From: Octopus vulgaris
Taxonomy: Eukaryota
Reading direction: 5' to 3'
Assembly (NCBI GenBank): GCA_951406725.2
Contig: OX597830.1
Location: forward strand, 20,584,001 to 20,648,000
DNA length: 64,000 nt
The position numbers and the translations under genes were made by a program. Below, piece by piece: positions 11,990-25,953 of this stretch; positions within the stretch are counted from its first letter, which is position 1; the number at the start of each line of letters is the position of its first letter. The notes beneath the pieces are model-generated. The model was not told the DNA's origin. It was given only the letters and a program-made list of their open reading frames with translations, and made no database searches.

Positions 11990-12511
11990 CACCGAAACTA
12001 TATCAAAGAAAAAGTAAAATTTATTCATCAAAGAAATATAATTTGACAAGGAAAAGGAAGAAAAGCGGAATATCAGAATATACAGAGAAATAGTAAAGCA
12101 ACTTTTGTTAAAATGATTTTTGTAGACAGGAACAGAAAGTAACAGAATTTTCAGTTGAATCTGTTAATTCATTAAATTAATTGGTTAATTTATTTAACTA
12201 ATTATTGATGATAATCCTATCCTCGTGCATTTAGCTTTGAATAAAAAATACTTGATTCAGGTGAAATACTAATTAGAGATGTTTTGCCCAACGTAGAAAC
12301 TGCAGGAGTTTTTCTTTCGGTGGTGGTGTTGCAACCTCCTGGACGTGACGAAAGCCATCGCAGTGAAAGATAACCTTTATATCCATGAAACAGCTGTAAG
12401 ACTACCTTTCACTTTTTAAGTGTCCTAGAAATTTCACACTGCCTCGGCTTTGTTGTTTCATTTTATTTAACATATAAACCACTCATAAACGAACCGCGGT
12501 CCTTCCGTGGC

Positions 12512-12616
<105 letters not shown>

Positions 12617-12714
12617 GGTCGACAAGTCATACTGAAAAAAACAAGTGTGAAATAGTAAAAAAAAAGCGGGAATTTTCAGTTGAATCTGTTAATTCATTAA
12701 ATTAATTGGTTAAT

Positions 12715-12928
12715 GGCGGCGAGCTGACAGAAACGTTAGCGCGCCGGGCGAAGTGCTTTGCGGTATTTCGTCTGTCGTTACGTTCTGAGTTCAAATTCCG
12801 CCGAGGTCGACTTTGCCTTTCATCCTTTCGGAGGAGTTTTGCACTGGGGTCGATGTAATCGACTTAATCCGTTTGTCTGTCCTTGTTTGTCCCCTCTATG
12901 TTTAGCCCCTTGTGGGCAGTAAAGAAAT
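12715..12928 (+). mobile_element. SINE family A (tail A1)
   Basis: GGCGGCGAGCTGACAGAAACGTTAGC..GAGTTCAAATTCCGCCGAGG..TTAGCCCCTTGTGGGCAGTAAAGAAAT. Confidence 0.9.
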
Positions 12929-13044
12929 ATATATATATATATATATATATATCAAAGTTCAGCAAAATTTAGATTCAAATGAATATGGTACCTAAGTTAG
13001 ATGCACCAGAATTTTGTATGGTGTTATCCATATAAATGGATAAT

Positions 13045-13245
13045 TTGTGTGCATGTCTGTGTTTGTCCTCCCACCATCATTTGACAACCGAAGTTGGTGT
13101 GCTAATGTCCCAGTAATTCAATGGTTCTGCAAAACAGGGGACAGAATAATATGCTTGGGGTCGATTTCTTCGATTAAAACCCCTTTAAGGCGGTGCTCCA
13201 GAAAGGCCGCAGTCAAGTGAGTGAAACAAGTAAAAGCATAAAAGA
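13045..13245 (+). mobile_element. SINE family C, 3' half (diverged)
   Basis: GGCGGTGCTCCAG..GGCCGCAGTCAA..GAAACAAGTAAAAG tail shared with the 40476 copy. Confidence 0.75.
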
Positions 13246-13659
13246 ATATATATAAATACGTGTGTGTAGAAAGAAATTATAAATTCATCTGATCCCAAAA
13301 CATACGACTACAAGTGAAAGCGTCTATTAGAAGAGGATCAGAGAAACTGGAAACCAAATTCCGTTTTTTTTTCACTATTTTCATTTCACACTTATTATTA
13401 TTTTTTTTTTTCAGTATGACTTGTCGATCACCACTAAAATTAATGAACTTTGTACATTCAAACAAATTGATATACAGGTTTAATTTTATTACGTTTATAT
13501 ATATGTTTTGCAAGATTCTTGATGTGAAATCGCGTGTTGAAACAGATGTTGTTGTATTTAGGAATGGTCATTTTGCCAGTTTAGCCAATAAAAACACACG
13601 CACTATATATTTGGTGTTAATTTGCTTCGGCGTTATTTATTTTTTTTACATTAATCTTA

Positions 13660-13712
13660 ATCTTATTTCGGCCACAGTTCTTTCGTCACACTCCTGTGAC
13701 CTCATCAGTGGT
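13660..13712 (-). ncRNA. Hammerhead-like motif (Penelope type, possibly degenerate)
   Basis: Minus strand CCA-CTGATGA-GGTCACAGGAGTGTGAC-GAAA-GAACTGTGGCC-GAAATAAG. Confidence 0.5.
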
Positions 13713-14743
13713 CCTTTGCTTTCTTCTTTCTTATTTGTGTGTCTCTCCTTACAAACGGTCAGCCATTAATTTTATTGACTGCTATGAACATTCAAATTTT
13801 TTTCGTATTTGTCCTATTGCGCGGTATTGTCCTATTGCGCGGCAATTTGGGCAAGTGTCCTCAACTATACCCCCGGGCCGACTATTGCTTTGTGAGTGAA
13901 TTTCGTGGACGGAAACTGTGTGGAAGCTCGTCGAATATGTATATACGTGTGCCTGTGTGTATGTATGCATATAGCTGTTTATGTGTGTGTATGTATACAT
14001 ATGTACGTGTATGTGCGTGTGCGTGTGTATGTGTGAGTGTGTGTATGTATACATATATGCTTGTATGTGCGTGTGCGTCTGTGCGTGTGAGTGTGTGTGC
14101 ACGCGCCTGTGTGTATAATATACACGCATATTTGTTTGTATCTCTGTGTGTATACATATGTGCGTGTGCGTGTGTGCGTGCGTGTGTGTGAGTGTGTGTG
14201 TGTGTGTGTGCCTGTGTGTATGTATGCATGCATATTTATGTTTGTATCTCTATGTGTATACATATGTGCGTGTATGTGTGTGCGTGTGCGTGTGTGCGTG
14301 TGTGTGTGTGTGAGTGTGTGTGTGAGTGCCTGTGTGTATGTATGCATATTTACATTTGTGTCTCTGTATGTGCATATATGCATATGTGCGTGTATGTGTG
14401 TATATGCGTGTGCGTGTGTGTGTATGTGCCTTTATAGATACGTAAATAGAAGTCTCCGTAGGTCTTTTTTCTCCCCTCTTTAATTATTCAAATGCCATCT
14501 GATGAACGCCTGATCGGCTCGAATGTTTAAGTAATGTCTGCAATAACAGATGAGTTTAATAAATAATGATTTTAAGAACACAACAATAATTATCGACAAG
14601 GGCTCATCAAATTAAATGCTAATTATACGTTGAATTATTTACATTTTTCCTATTATGCAATACAGTTCATATATACGTATGCGTTCGCGCGCACATACAC
14701 ATATATGCATATATTTACATACATATATACAAACATATAATTA

Positions 14744-14797
<54 letters not shown>

Positions 14798-14800
<3 letters not shown>

Positions 14801-15128
14801 TTTTACTCTTTTACTTGTTCCAGTCATTTGACTGCAGCCATGCTGGAGCACCACCTTTAGTCGAACAATTCGACCCCAAGACTTATACTTTGTAAGCCTA
14901 GTACTTATTCTATCGGTCTCTTTGGCCGGACCACATCGGTTGTCAAACACACAAACACATACACACTACGGGCTTCTTTCAGTTTCCGTCTACCAAATCC
15001 ACTCACAAGGCGTTGGTCGGCCCGAGGCTATAGTAGAAGACACTTGGCCAAGGTGCCACGCAGTGGGACTGAACCCGGAACCATGTGGTTGGGAAGCAAA
15101 CTTCTTACCACAGAGCCACTCCTGCGAC
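14798..15128 (-). mobile_element. SINE family C (CORE-like, internally deleted)
   Basis: Reverse complement of GCAGGAGTGGCT.TGTGGTAAG..GGTTCAGTCCCACTGCGTGGCACCTTGG; tail CCAGCATGGCTGCAGTCAAATGACTG. Confidence 0.88.
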
Positions 15129-15279
15129 AATATATATATATATATATATAGGACTGAGTTGCGAAAATAATGAATGAGGGGTGGTGTGTGTGTATGTGTG
15201 TATGTGTGTGCGTTTCTGTATATGTGTATGCGTTAGGCTTGTCATCCACCTTCGTGTAGGAACTATAAGCCAACTAAAG

Positions 15280-15503
15280 CCATCACCACCGACATCATCA
15301 ACATCATCATCATCGACATTGTCATCTTCATCAATATCAGCAGCAGCAGCAGTGGTAGCAATAGCATCACCATGATTATTAACATCGTCATCAGTTACAG
15401 GCGTCATTTTCTCACCATCACCATCATTATCATCATCAGCAGCAGCAGCAGTAGCACCACCACCACCACCACCACCTCCACCACCACTACCGCCACCATC
15501 ACC

Positions 15504-15552
<49 letters not shown>

Positions 15553-15760
15553 CCACCACCACCTCCACCATCATCATCATCATGACCGTCTCCTCCACCT
15601 CTATCATTATCATCATCACCTTCACCACCACCATCATCGTTATCATCATCACCGCCACCAACACCTCCACCTCCACCGTCACTACCACCTCCACCATCAT
15701 CATTATCATCATCACTACTTCCACCACCACCACCACCACCATCATCATCATCATAATCAC

Positions 15761-15825
<65 letters not shown>

Positions 15826-15832
15826 ACATCAT
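15280..15832. repeat. (CAT)n/(CAC)n trinucleotide low-complexity tract
   Basis: Directly visible. Confidence 0.9.
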
Positions 15833-16137
15833 CGTTAATTCAGTTACCTTTCGATTGATCAACCTATTTTACGACTCACCCTTCGTTGAAATTGATTTAT
15901 TTTTTCATAGGTTGCAAATGGCTGTTTCTCAGCTTCCGGTTGTTGAATACTGACTGAGGGAAATACAAGGGTCAAAACCTCCTGGATATGACCCTTCTCC
16001 ACATGTGCCGTGGCGATGTATAGAAAAAGAAGAAAAAAAACAGAACTTGAAGCAAATTTTTGAAACTGCCCCCCTAAACAAATGAAAATGACACCTACAG
16101 CTAATTTGAACACAGGACAAGATTCATTAATTCATTA

Positions 16138-16850
16138 ATGGTAGAATCGGTTGCAGGCCGGACGAAATGCTCTGCAGTATTTCGTCCATCTTCAGGTTCA
16201 GAGTTCAAATTCCACCGAAGTCGACTTTACATTTCATCCTTTCGGGATCGATATAATAAGTACCAGTGGAGTACTGGCGTCGATGTAATTGACTAAACTG
16301 CTCCCCCGATATTCCGGGCCTTGTGCCTATAGTAGAACGTGTTATTACTATTCCTGGTGGCAAGCTGACAGAATTGTTAGCACACCGGGCAGAATGCTTG
16401 GCGGTATTTTGTCAGTCTTCAGGTTGTGAGTTCGAATTCCACAGAGGGCGACTTTGTTTTTATCCTTTTGAGGTAAATGAAATAAGTACCAGTTGAACAC
16501 TGGGGTCGATGAAATAAACTTAGCCCCTCCCGACAAATTTCAGACCTTGTCTCCACATCAGAAAGGAGTAATTGATTGATTCCTTCATTCACTGGAATCA
16601 ATTTGCATTTAGAATTGTTAATGCCTTCGTAGTGACTCGAACTCACATTTACTGTTAATATTATCATCACCGTAGGAGGCGAGCTGGCAGAATCGGTTGC
16701 ACGCCGGACGAAATACTTCGCAGTTTTTCGTCCGTCTATACGTTGTGAGTTCAAATAACGCTGAGGTCGATTTTGCCTTACATCTTTTCGGGATAGATTA
16801 AATAAGAACCGTTGAACACTGGGGTTCGATGTAATTGATTTACCCACTCG
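16138..16850 (+). mobile_element. Three diverged SINE family A copies (~16138-16345, 16356-16570, 16676-16850)
   Basis: Each has GAGTTC(A/G)AAT..GAC/GATTTT..CATC..ATAAG.ACC.GT; first two end in tail A2 (G.CCTTGT..AGAA). Confidence 0.8.
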
Positions 16851-16859
16851 CCAACATCA

Positions 16860-17751
16860 TCACAATGTTTGCTCCAATTATCACTATAAACACTACGATT
16901 ATCACCATCACCACCACTGCCACCATCATCACCATCATCACCACCACCATCAACACTAACAACCACCACACCCACCTCCATCGCCACCGCTACCACCAAA
17001 CCACTACCATCACCGTTACCACCACCAGTACCACCACCACCACCACTACCATCACCGTTACCACCACCAGTACCACCACCACCACCATTACCACCACCAC
17101 CACTACCACCACCACCAATACCACCACCACTGCTACCACCACAACCACTACCATCATCCCCACCAACACCAACAACCACCAACACCACCATTGCCACCAC
17201 TACCACCAATACCACCAGTATCACCGGCCTTATCACAATCACCACCTCCAGTACCACCACTGCCATCACCATCACCACCAGCATCATCATATTCACCGCC
17301 GCCGTCATATCCACCACCACCAAAACCACCAGCCACCACCATCACCACCACCACTGTCATATCCACCACCACCAACGAGCACCATCATAACCACCATCAC
17401 CACCACTACTACCACCAACATCACTACCATCACCGGCCCCCATCACTGTCACTACCAACACTACCAGCACCATCACCACCGTCAAATTCACCACCGCCGT
17501 CATATCCACCACCACCATCATCACGACTACCACTATCACCTTCACCACCACTACCAACACCACCACCAACACCACCACCACGCCATACACCACCACTATC
17601 GCCTCCACCAGCATTTCTGTTCCCACCTTCAATGTCCGGTATTGAATCCATTGGATCATCAATGACTCAAACCCACACCCTGGATACCTTCATAACATCA
17701 AGGCTAAGAATAGTAGTAGTAGTAGTTGTTGTTGTTGTAGTAGTAGTAGTG

Positions 17752-17789
<38 letters not shown>

Positions 17790-18026
17790 TGTTGTTGTTG
17801 TTGTAGTAGTAGTAGTTGTTGTTGTTGTTGTTGTTGTTGTAGTAGTAGTAGTAGTAGTAGTGGTAGTAGTAGTAGTAGTTGTAGTAGTAGTAGTAGTAGT
17901 AGTGGTCATGTTAAAATTTTAGAGCTCTTTGTTTCTATCGACATCTTCCTCCACCACCACCACCATGCGCGGCATCACCTCCCTCGGCACGACCGCCACC
18001 ATCAATGACATTTCTTCGTTATCACT

Positions 18027-18063
<37 letters not shown>

Positions 18064-18070
18064 GCAACAC
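16860..18070. repeat. (CAC)n-rich, (TAG/TTG)n and (CAA)n trinucleotide tracts
   Basis: Directly visible; source of spurious Pro/His/Thr-rich ORFs. Confidence 0.9.
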
Positions 18071-18178
18071 CATCATCGTCCCGGTCATCAACGTCGTCCC
18101 CGCCACCGCCACACCGTCCGCTGCTGTTGTCCCTCTCTTGCACCACAATCCATAACGTCCCGTCCAACTGTTTATGTG

Positions 18179-19400
<1,222 letters not shown>

Positions 19401-19479
19401 TAACAAAAACACGCTAAAGCTGTCTGAGTAGAAATTCTGATTTCTTGTCATAATTTAATTACTTTGGATATTTGATTCT

Positions 19480-20400
19480 TGTACAAGAATTTATTTCTAT
19501 GTCCAATTTCATTCTTTTATTTTTTATTCTTATTCTTTTACTCTATTATTGTTTTTCTTTTTGTTTTGTTCGACATCAATGTTGTTTTATAATTTAAATT
19601 TTATTCCATAATTTCATTTTTTATTCCTATAATTTTATGTTAGTTACTCAATTCAAATTTTGTTCCTTAATATCAATTATTTTCTTTAAATTCCAATTTT
19701 GGTCCTCAGATATAAATTTTGTTCCTGAAATTCGGTTTTGATATTTAATATTCTCTTTCCAAATTCCGTTTCTGCCCCATAATTATAACTGTCCATCCTT
19801 AATTTCATTTCTTTTTTCCTTAATCCTAATTTTGCTGTTTCATTCATATTTTGTTCCTTAATTTCGGTTTTACTTTTCTTAAATTTAACTTTGTTTCATA
19901 AATTTGAATTTTGTCCCCGAATTTAATTTTGTTATTCAATTCTCTTCCCGAATTTCAATTTTATTGTATAATTATATATTTCCTCTCGTAATTTCAATTT
20001 TGCTTTTCAAATTTCATAAGGAATTCTAAATTTTTCCCTTAATTTTAATTTTGACTATGAATTCTTAATTTTGCTCCTAAATTTCAAATATATCACTTCC
20101 AATTTTGCTCGATAATTTAAATTTTTGTGCTTTGTATTTCATTCCTGTAATTCAGTTTTGTTCCTTAATTACAATTTCCTTCCTTAATTTTAACCATAAT
20201 TCTAAAATTCTTCCTTAATTTCCATTTGGTTGCAATTATAAATTCTATCCTTTAATTTTAAATTGTTTCTTAATTCTAATTTCAATCCTTCGTTCATATT
20301 TTCTCTCTTAATTTTAATTATATTTTTAAATTCAAATGATCCCTAATTATATTTTTTTTCAATAATTTCAATTTTATATTTTAATTCCCTTTTTTTATTC
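19480..20400. repeat. Highly degenerate T-rich minisatellite (~19-20 bp unit, approx. AATTTCAATTTTGTTCCTT)
   Basis: Recurring ATTTTGTTCCTTAA / AATTTTAATTTT motifs over ~900 bp. Confidence 0.7.
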
Positions 20401-20423
20401 CTTCATACAAATTGCTTGACTCG

Positions 20424-20624
20424 TTTACTTGTTTCACTCATTTGACTGCGGCCATGCTGGAGCACCGCATTTTAGTCGAGCAAATCGACCCAAGGACTTA
20501 TTCTTTGTAAGCATAGTACTTATTCTATCGGTCTCTTTTGGCGAGCCGCTAAGTTACGTGGACGTAAACACACTAGCATCGGTTGTCAAGCAATGTTAGG
20601 GTACACACACACACAAACATATAT

Positions 20625-20675
<51 letters not shown>

Positions 20676-20816
20676 TACGACGGCTTCTTTTAGTTTCCGT
20701 CTACCAAATCCACTCACAAGGCTTTGGTCGGCCCGAGGCTATAGTAGAAGACACTTGCCCAAGGTAGCACGCAGTGGGACTGAACCTGGAACCATGTGGT
20801 TCGTAAGCAAGCTACT
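20424..20816 (-). mobile_element. SINE family C, lacking the first ~24 nt of the head
   Basis: Collinear with the reverse complement of 40476-40886. Confidence 0.9.
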
Positions 20817-22630
20817 TTATTTCATAAAATGTGTCATATAGACAGTACAAATATTGTGTAGCTTTGCGGGCTGGACAAGCACATTAATGGATGAAAATGA
20901 AATAAAATGAATAAATGAGAGACGAAACCCAACACCTGCCGATTGGATTTCTCTCGATAACATATTTTCTTTATTTAAAAATTCAATATGAGGTTTCAAA
21001 CCTCTTACAAGAAGGAGGCACTAAAACCTCTTAACATGTTTTTTTTAAAACATAGAATTGAGGTTATAAACCACTACAAATAATACAATAAGATGAGGTT
21101 TCAAAACCTCTAACGAGGCCTTTTCACCTTCTACTTATCGATGTATCCATCGATATATTCATCATTATCTTCAATGCCGCTTGAGTTCCTGTATCCCACC
21201 ATTTCCCATGCCTCACTCATGTAGGACATGTAAGTCGTGTAAGGGCCACCTGGCCATATGCGACACTCCTCCCCAAATCCGTTAAGCCTTCCCCACAAGG
21301 AAAACCTTATAACCTCCACAGCTATCTGCGGAGGCCATTCGGGATCCCGTGTGAAGGGCATATCTACTGTCTCTTTATGTTCTTCTACTATTTTTCCACC
21401 TCCCCGTCCTTGTAGAAAAAGATAATTAATTCATCATCTTTAAGGGTGGGGGTGGTTTCTTCCACCGTGGGTGCCACAACTTCGGGACATACAGACGGCA
21501 CATCATTTCCCCTCTGCGATGACCCGTTCTTCTTTCTTTCTTTTTTTTTCTTTTCTTTCTGACTTCGAAAGAGTGGAGCTCTTCCGCTTTGTCCGGAGTC
21601 TCTCCCCCACCTCCCGAAGCCTTAGGGTCCTTCGGCGGGCCACTATTGTTGCCCGACTTCTTCCTTTTTAATCCTTTTGGGGTTGTGGAAGCTGAAGCCT
21701 CCTCAACCACATTCATCTCTCCCTTTGACCGGGTAGGGGAGGTGGCATCCAGTGACTGTTCCAGGACCTTACCATGGTCCTGGGGGCAGTTCTTTTTAAT
21801 GTGGCCTGGCTGCAATGACACTTGGGGGGGGCGTCCCTCAAGTATCACTGGATACCTGCAGCCAGCCATTTAAAAAAATTTGTAAAAACCAGATCTGTTG
21901 CGGCCGATGGGGTCCACAGGGTCAAAATCGCTTTTGACCCTTCCCAATCGACCGCCTGCAATACCCTTATATTTAAGAGCCTGGGCCCGCTATACCCCAG
22001 TCCCCGTCGGATGGTATCTTCAATCTAGCCCGCCTCGGTGTCTGGGGGTAACCCACATACCCAGGCTCTTATTAATTTCCTCCCGCAGTACGACGGGAGG
22101 AACAGAATTTCGTTGCCCTCTAAAGGATGACTCGCAAAATTGCGAGCCTTTTCTCGGTTGTCAAACAACAACCATACGGTTGCATGTTTGAGACCACGGG
22201 ATATGTATTTCACAGAGGACAAATAGTCTTTCAATTCATTTTTTATAACTGGTTTTGGGAAGACGGTGATGGTATCAAGAACTTTAGAATACGTTCTAAC
22301 CACCACCGTCCTCTCCTCCATATCTTTTAACCACTGATTACGCGGGTTAATTTCCCACTCTAAGACAGAGTTCTTCTTTTTAGGTTCCTTCTCTGCCATG
22401 TTAAAAAAAAACAGTTCAAAAGTAGTTCAAAAAACAGTCCGCCGAAAAATTAAAACCGAATAAAAATAGAAGTAAAACAAAATAAAAGAGAAGGAGAAAA
22501 AACTGAAATTAAAATAATGAAAAGAATTAACCAAAATTTAGAAAGAAAGAAAAAAATGGAAGAAGGGGAAAATAAAAGAAAACCTCACAAATAAAACAGA
22601 CAGGGAATCCTTTGTATAATACTCCAACAG
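20817..22630 (-). mobile_element. ORF1-only L1/Tx1-like non-LTR element (gag-like zinc knuckle), decayed
   Basis: Pyrimidine-rich 5'UTR; ORF from 22399 (MAEKEPKK..) continues past a stop and frameshifts to LEGRPPKC..C..PGHIKKNCP (CCHC), a basic linker and a C-terminal domain ending at 21131; ~310-nt tail ending in AATAAA; no endonuclease/RT seen. Confidence 0.7.
21131..22399 (-). pseudogene. LINE ORF1-like nucleic-acid-binding protein, disrupted
   Basis: ORFs 22025-22399, 21426-21869 and 21131-21361 joined through one stop and several frameshifts; zinc knuckle GHIKKNC. Confidence 0.7.
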
Positions 22631-22644
22631 GTAATCCTATAGTC

Positions 22645-23691
22645 GGGGTTATTCTTGAAGTACTCCAGGACAGTGCAGAGGATTCGGAAAGAATTGGATG
22701 AGTCTAATGGCGATTACGAAGGTACAGCAGCTCGGAAAACTCACTCTGATCATTCTTATAAGAAAAGAACTCCTGAATTCGTTAGTGACATCCAGGCCAC
22801 GACTGACAACGAATCCTCCAAGTCAATCAGTTCTATCGCCAGGGACATAGGAGTGTCTGAGTTTCTTATCAAGCAGGTAGTGAATGAAGACATTCGGTAT
22901 TCCTCATACAAGACGAGAAAGGGTCAATTTTTATCCCAAGCCATCAAGGACAAGAGGAATGGCCGCGTTACGAAGTATTCGAACAATCTCAAACATTCCC
23001 TCTAACGGAACATGCTTTGGTTTTTCTCACAAGAGAAAAATTTCTGCCAGGTGAACCCACAGATGGTGAACACACAGAGCAACCGTTGGCTTGCTTTGTC
23101 CCCAAAACATGTACCGCGGGGGATACAAATCAAACATCCAGTCAACATCATGGCGTTTCGAGTGGTCACTAGTGATAGTGACGTCATGCCTCCATTGATC
23201 TTCCCACACAGCCACAGATTCAACACGGAGGCCTACATCAAATGCCTGGAGGAGGCAGTGCTGCCCTGAGTGAAGAGAGGGGCTACTAGAAGACCCTTTG
23301 ATATACAAGCAGGAGAACCAGTCATGGTTTTCAGACAATTCCTGCGACCACATCACCCCTAACATCTGGCCACCTAACGTCCCAGACTGCAACCCCTTGA
23401 TTACCATGTGTGGGCGCAGTTGAGCGAGAGACCAACAAAACACTTTGTAACACCGAAGATGAACTGAAGGCAAGAATTATGGCAGCATTCACCATCCAGA
23501 AGAGTTGCAGGAGATTCCGAAGTCGTCCGGAGGCCTTGGTTGAAGCCAATGGCGATCTTATTGAATTAATTTACTCTTCAATATTTCAAGATATGTTTAT
23601 GTAATTTTGATATATATATCTGTTAAAATAAGATGTCAATATTATTTTCACTTTTGCGTAATTTAGGCGACAATTTATTCACTGCACCCTG
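22645..23691 (+). mobile_element. Tc1/mariner-superfamily transposon relic (probably DD37D/maT-like), left end missing
   Basis: HTH SISSIARDIGVS, WFFSQEKNF (FSDEK), QSNRWLA, WPPNVPDCNPLDY, EANGDLIE; right terminus ..CACTGCACCCTG followed by TA. Confidence 0.85.
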
Positions 23692-23696
23692 TAAAT

Positions 23697-23765
23697 ATAT
23701 GTATGCATGTATGTATGTATGCATGTATGTATGTATGTATGTATGTATGTATGTATGTATGTATG

Positions 23766-23805
<40 letters not shown>

Positions 23806-23867
23806 CGTACATATATATATATATTTATACATATACATATACACTCACATATATGTGTATGCATGTA

Positions 23868-23900
<33 letters not shown>

Positions 23901-23928
23901 ATATATATGTGTATATATATATATATAC

Positions 23929-23983
<55 letters not shown>

Positions 23984-24440
23984 TACATATACACTCACAT
24001 ATATATGTGTATGTGTGTGTGTTTGCGTGTTTCTGCGTGTCTGTTGTGAGCGGAGTGGAATACAATTGGCGCACAGGTGACTGTATGAAGTCAGCCATAT
24101 GAATCATAACCATAGACGCCAACCATCCATATCCGGTTGACGTCACACATCACAAACAATTCACCTTATCAATTTCTTTCCATCGCTGTCCTCGTCCATC
24201 CACACCCACTGATGATCGCATAGATCTATTCAGATAGCTTCGTGAAACCCTGGTCTGAATCCAATCAAATACTCTCATACACAGCTACGCAGATACGAAC
24301 ACACCTAGATGCGAATGTACGATTTAACTATCTGTATACGTATGTGTGAATGGACGGATAGATAGATAGATGCGTGGATGTATGCTTGGATGGACGGATC
24401 TGTATATGATTGTGTGTACGTATGTATGTATTTATGAATG

Positions 24441-24474
<34 letters not shown>

Positions 24475-25007
24475 TGTATGTATGTATGTATGTATGTATG
24501 TATGTATGTATGTATGTATGTATGTATGTATGTATGTATGTATGTATGTATGTATGTATGTGTGTATGTATGTATGAATGTATGTATGTATGTATGTGTG
24601 TATGTATGTATGTATGTATGTATGTATGTATGTATGTATGTATGTATGTATGTATGTATGTATGTATGTATGTATGTATGTATGTATGTATGTATGTATG
24701 TATGTATGTATGTATGTATGTATGTATGTATGTATGAATGTATGTATGTATGTACGTATGGATGGATGCATGGCTGCCTGGATGGATTTATTGATTGATC
24801 GATGTATAAATAGCTGTACAGATGGATGAGTGTGTACGGATATATGTACGTGTGTGTGTGTGTGTGTGGATATATGTATGTATAATGTAGGCATGTATGT
24901 TTCTATGTATGTGTGTATGGATATATGTATGTCTGTGTGGATATATGTATGTATATGTGTGTGTGTGTAGATATATGTATGTATATGTGTGTTTGTGTGT
25001 GTATGTG

Positions 25008-25040
<33 letters not shown>

Positions 25041-25042
25041 AC
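23697..25042. repeat. (TATG)n/(TA)n/(TG)n microsatellites with a ~290-bp unique island (24040-24330)
   Basis: Directly visible. Confidence 0.9.
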
Positions 25043-25043
25043 A

Positions 25044-25180
25044 TTGTGTTCTCGGGCAAAGTACTTCACTTCACGTTACTCCCGTCCACTCAGCCGGGAA
25101 AAGTGAGTAATACTGCGACAGACTAGCGTTCTGACCAGGGAGAAATAAACACACCAGAGAAACCAAGAAACTGACCAGGT
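25044..25180 (+). mobile_element. Old SINE fragment (CORE-like H2 body + tail X)
   Basis: TTGTGTTCTCGGGCAAAGTACTTCACTTCACGTT..CACTCAGC..GAGTAATACTGCGA resembles 33630-33730. Confidence 0.6.
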
Positions 25181-25791
25181 GCTCCTCGCCGAGTAATGTG
25201 AACAAACCATAGATGGACGGACGGCTGGGCGGATGAATGGATGGATGGATGGATGGATGGATGCGTGTGTGAGTGGGTAAGTGGATGGATCTGGGGATAG
25301 CTGGCTAAAATTATGTATGTACGTATGTATGTATGTATGTATGTATGTATGTATGTACGTATGTATGTATATATATATATATATATAAAATAACAAAAAA
25401 TAAATAAAACATATGCATGTATACATACATATATTTACGTACCTACATCTATATGTATATATACATGCATATATGGGTACAGGACACCAAAAAAACATCG
25501 AACACAATGAGAAACGAAAACACAAAAACAAAACCATGGAAACGGACAATTTTTTTTAAACAACGTAAAAACAGAGTACAAGACATACAACAAGGAAAAT
25601 TCCCCTTCTTCAGCCACCTCTGTACATATATATATATCTATGTATGTAGGTACATATGTATGTATGTACTTATGTATATGTATGTATTATGTAGCTATGT
25701 AGGTAGGTAGATAGGTATGTATGTATGTATGTATGTATGTATGTATGTATGTATGTATGTATGTATGTATGTATGTATGTATGTATGTGTG

Positions 25792-25882
25792 TAGGTAGGT
25801 AGGTAGGTAGGTAGGTAGGTAGGTAGGTAGGTAGGCAGGCAGGTAATTACGTATGTATGTATTATGAACGTATGTATAATTG

Positions 25883-25916
<34 letters not shown>

Positions 25917-25922
25917 TGTATG

Positions 25923-25953
<31 letters not shown>

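Noticed and set aside
16778-17922. Extensin-like Pro-rich and Gly-rich ORFs (SPPPSYPPPP)
   Set aside because: Several frames on both strands are open because of (CAC)n composition; no splice or domain evidence
24209-24258. C/D box snoRNA (TGATGA..CTGA)
   Set aside because: Only ~50 nt between boxes, no terminal stem or recognisable guide
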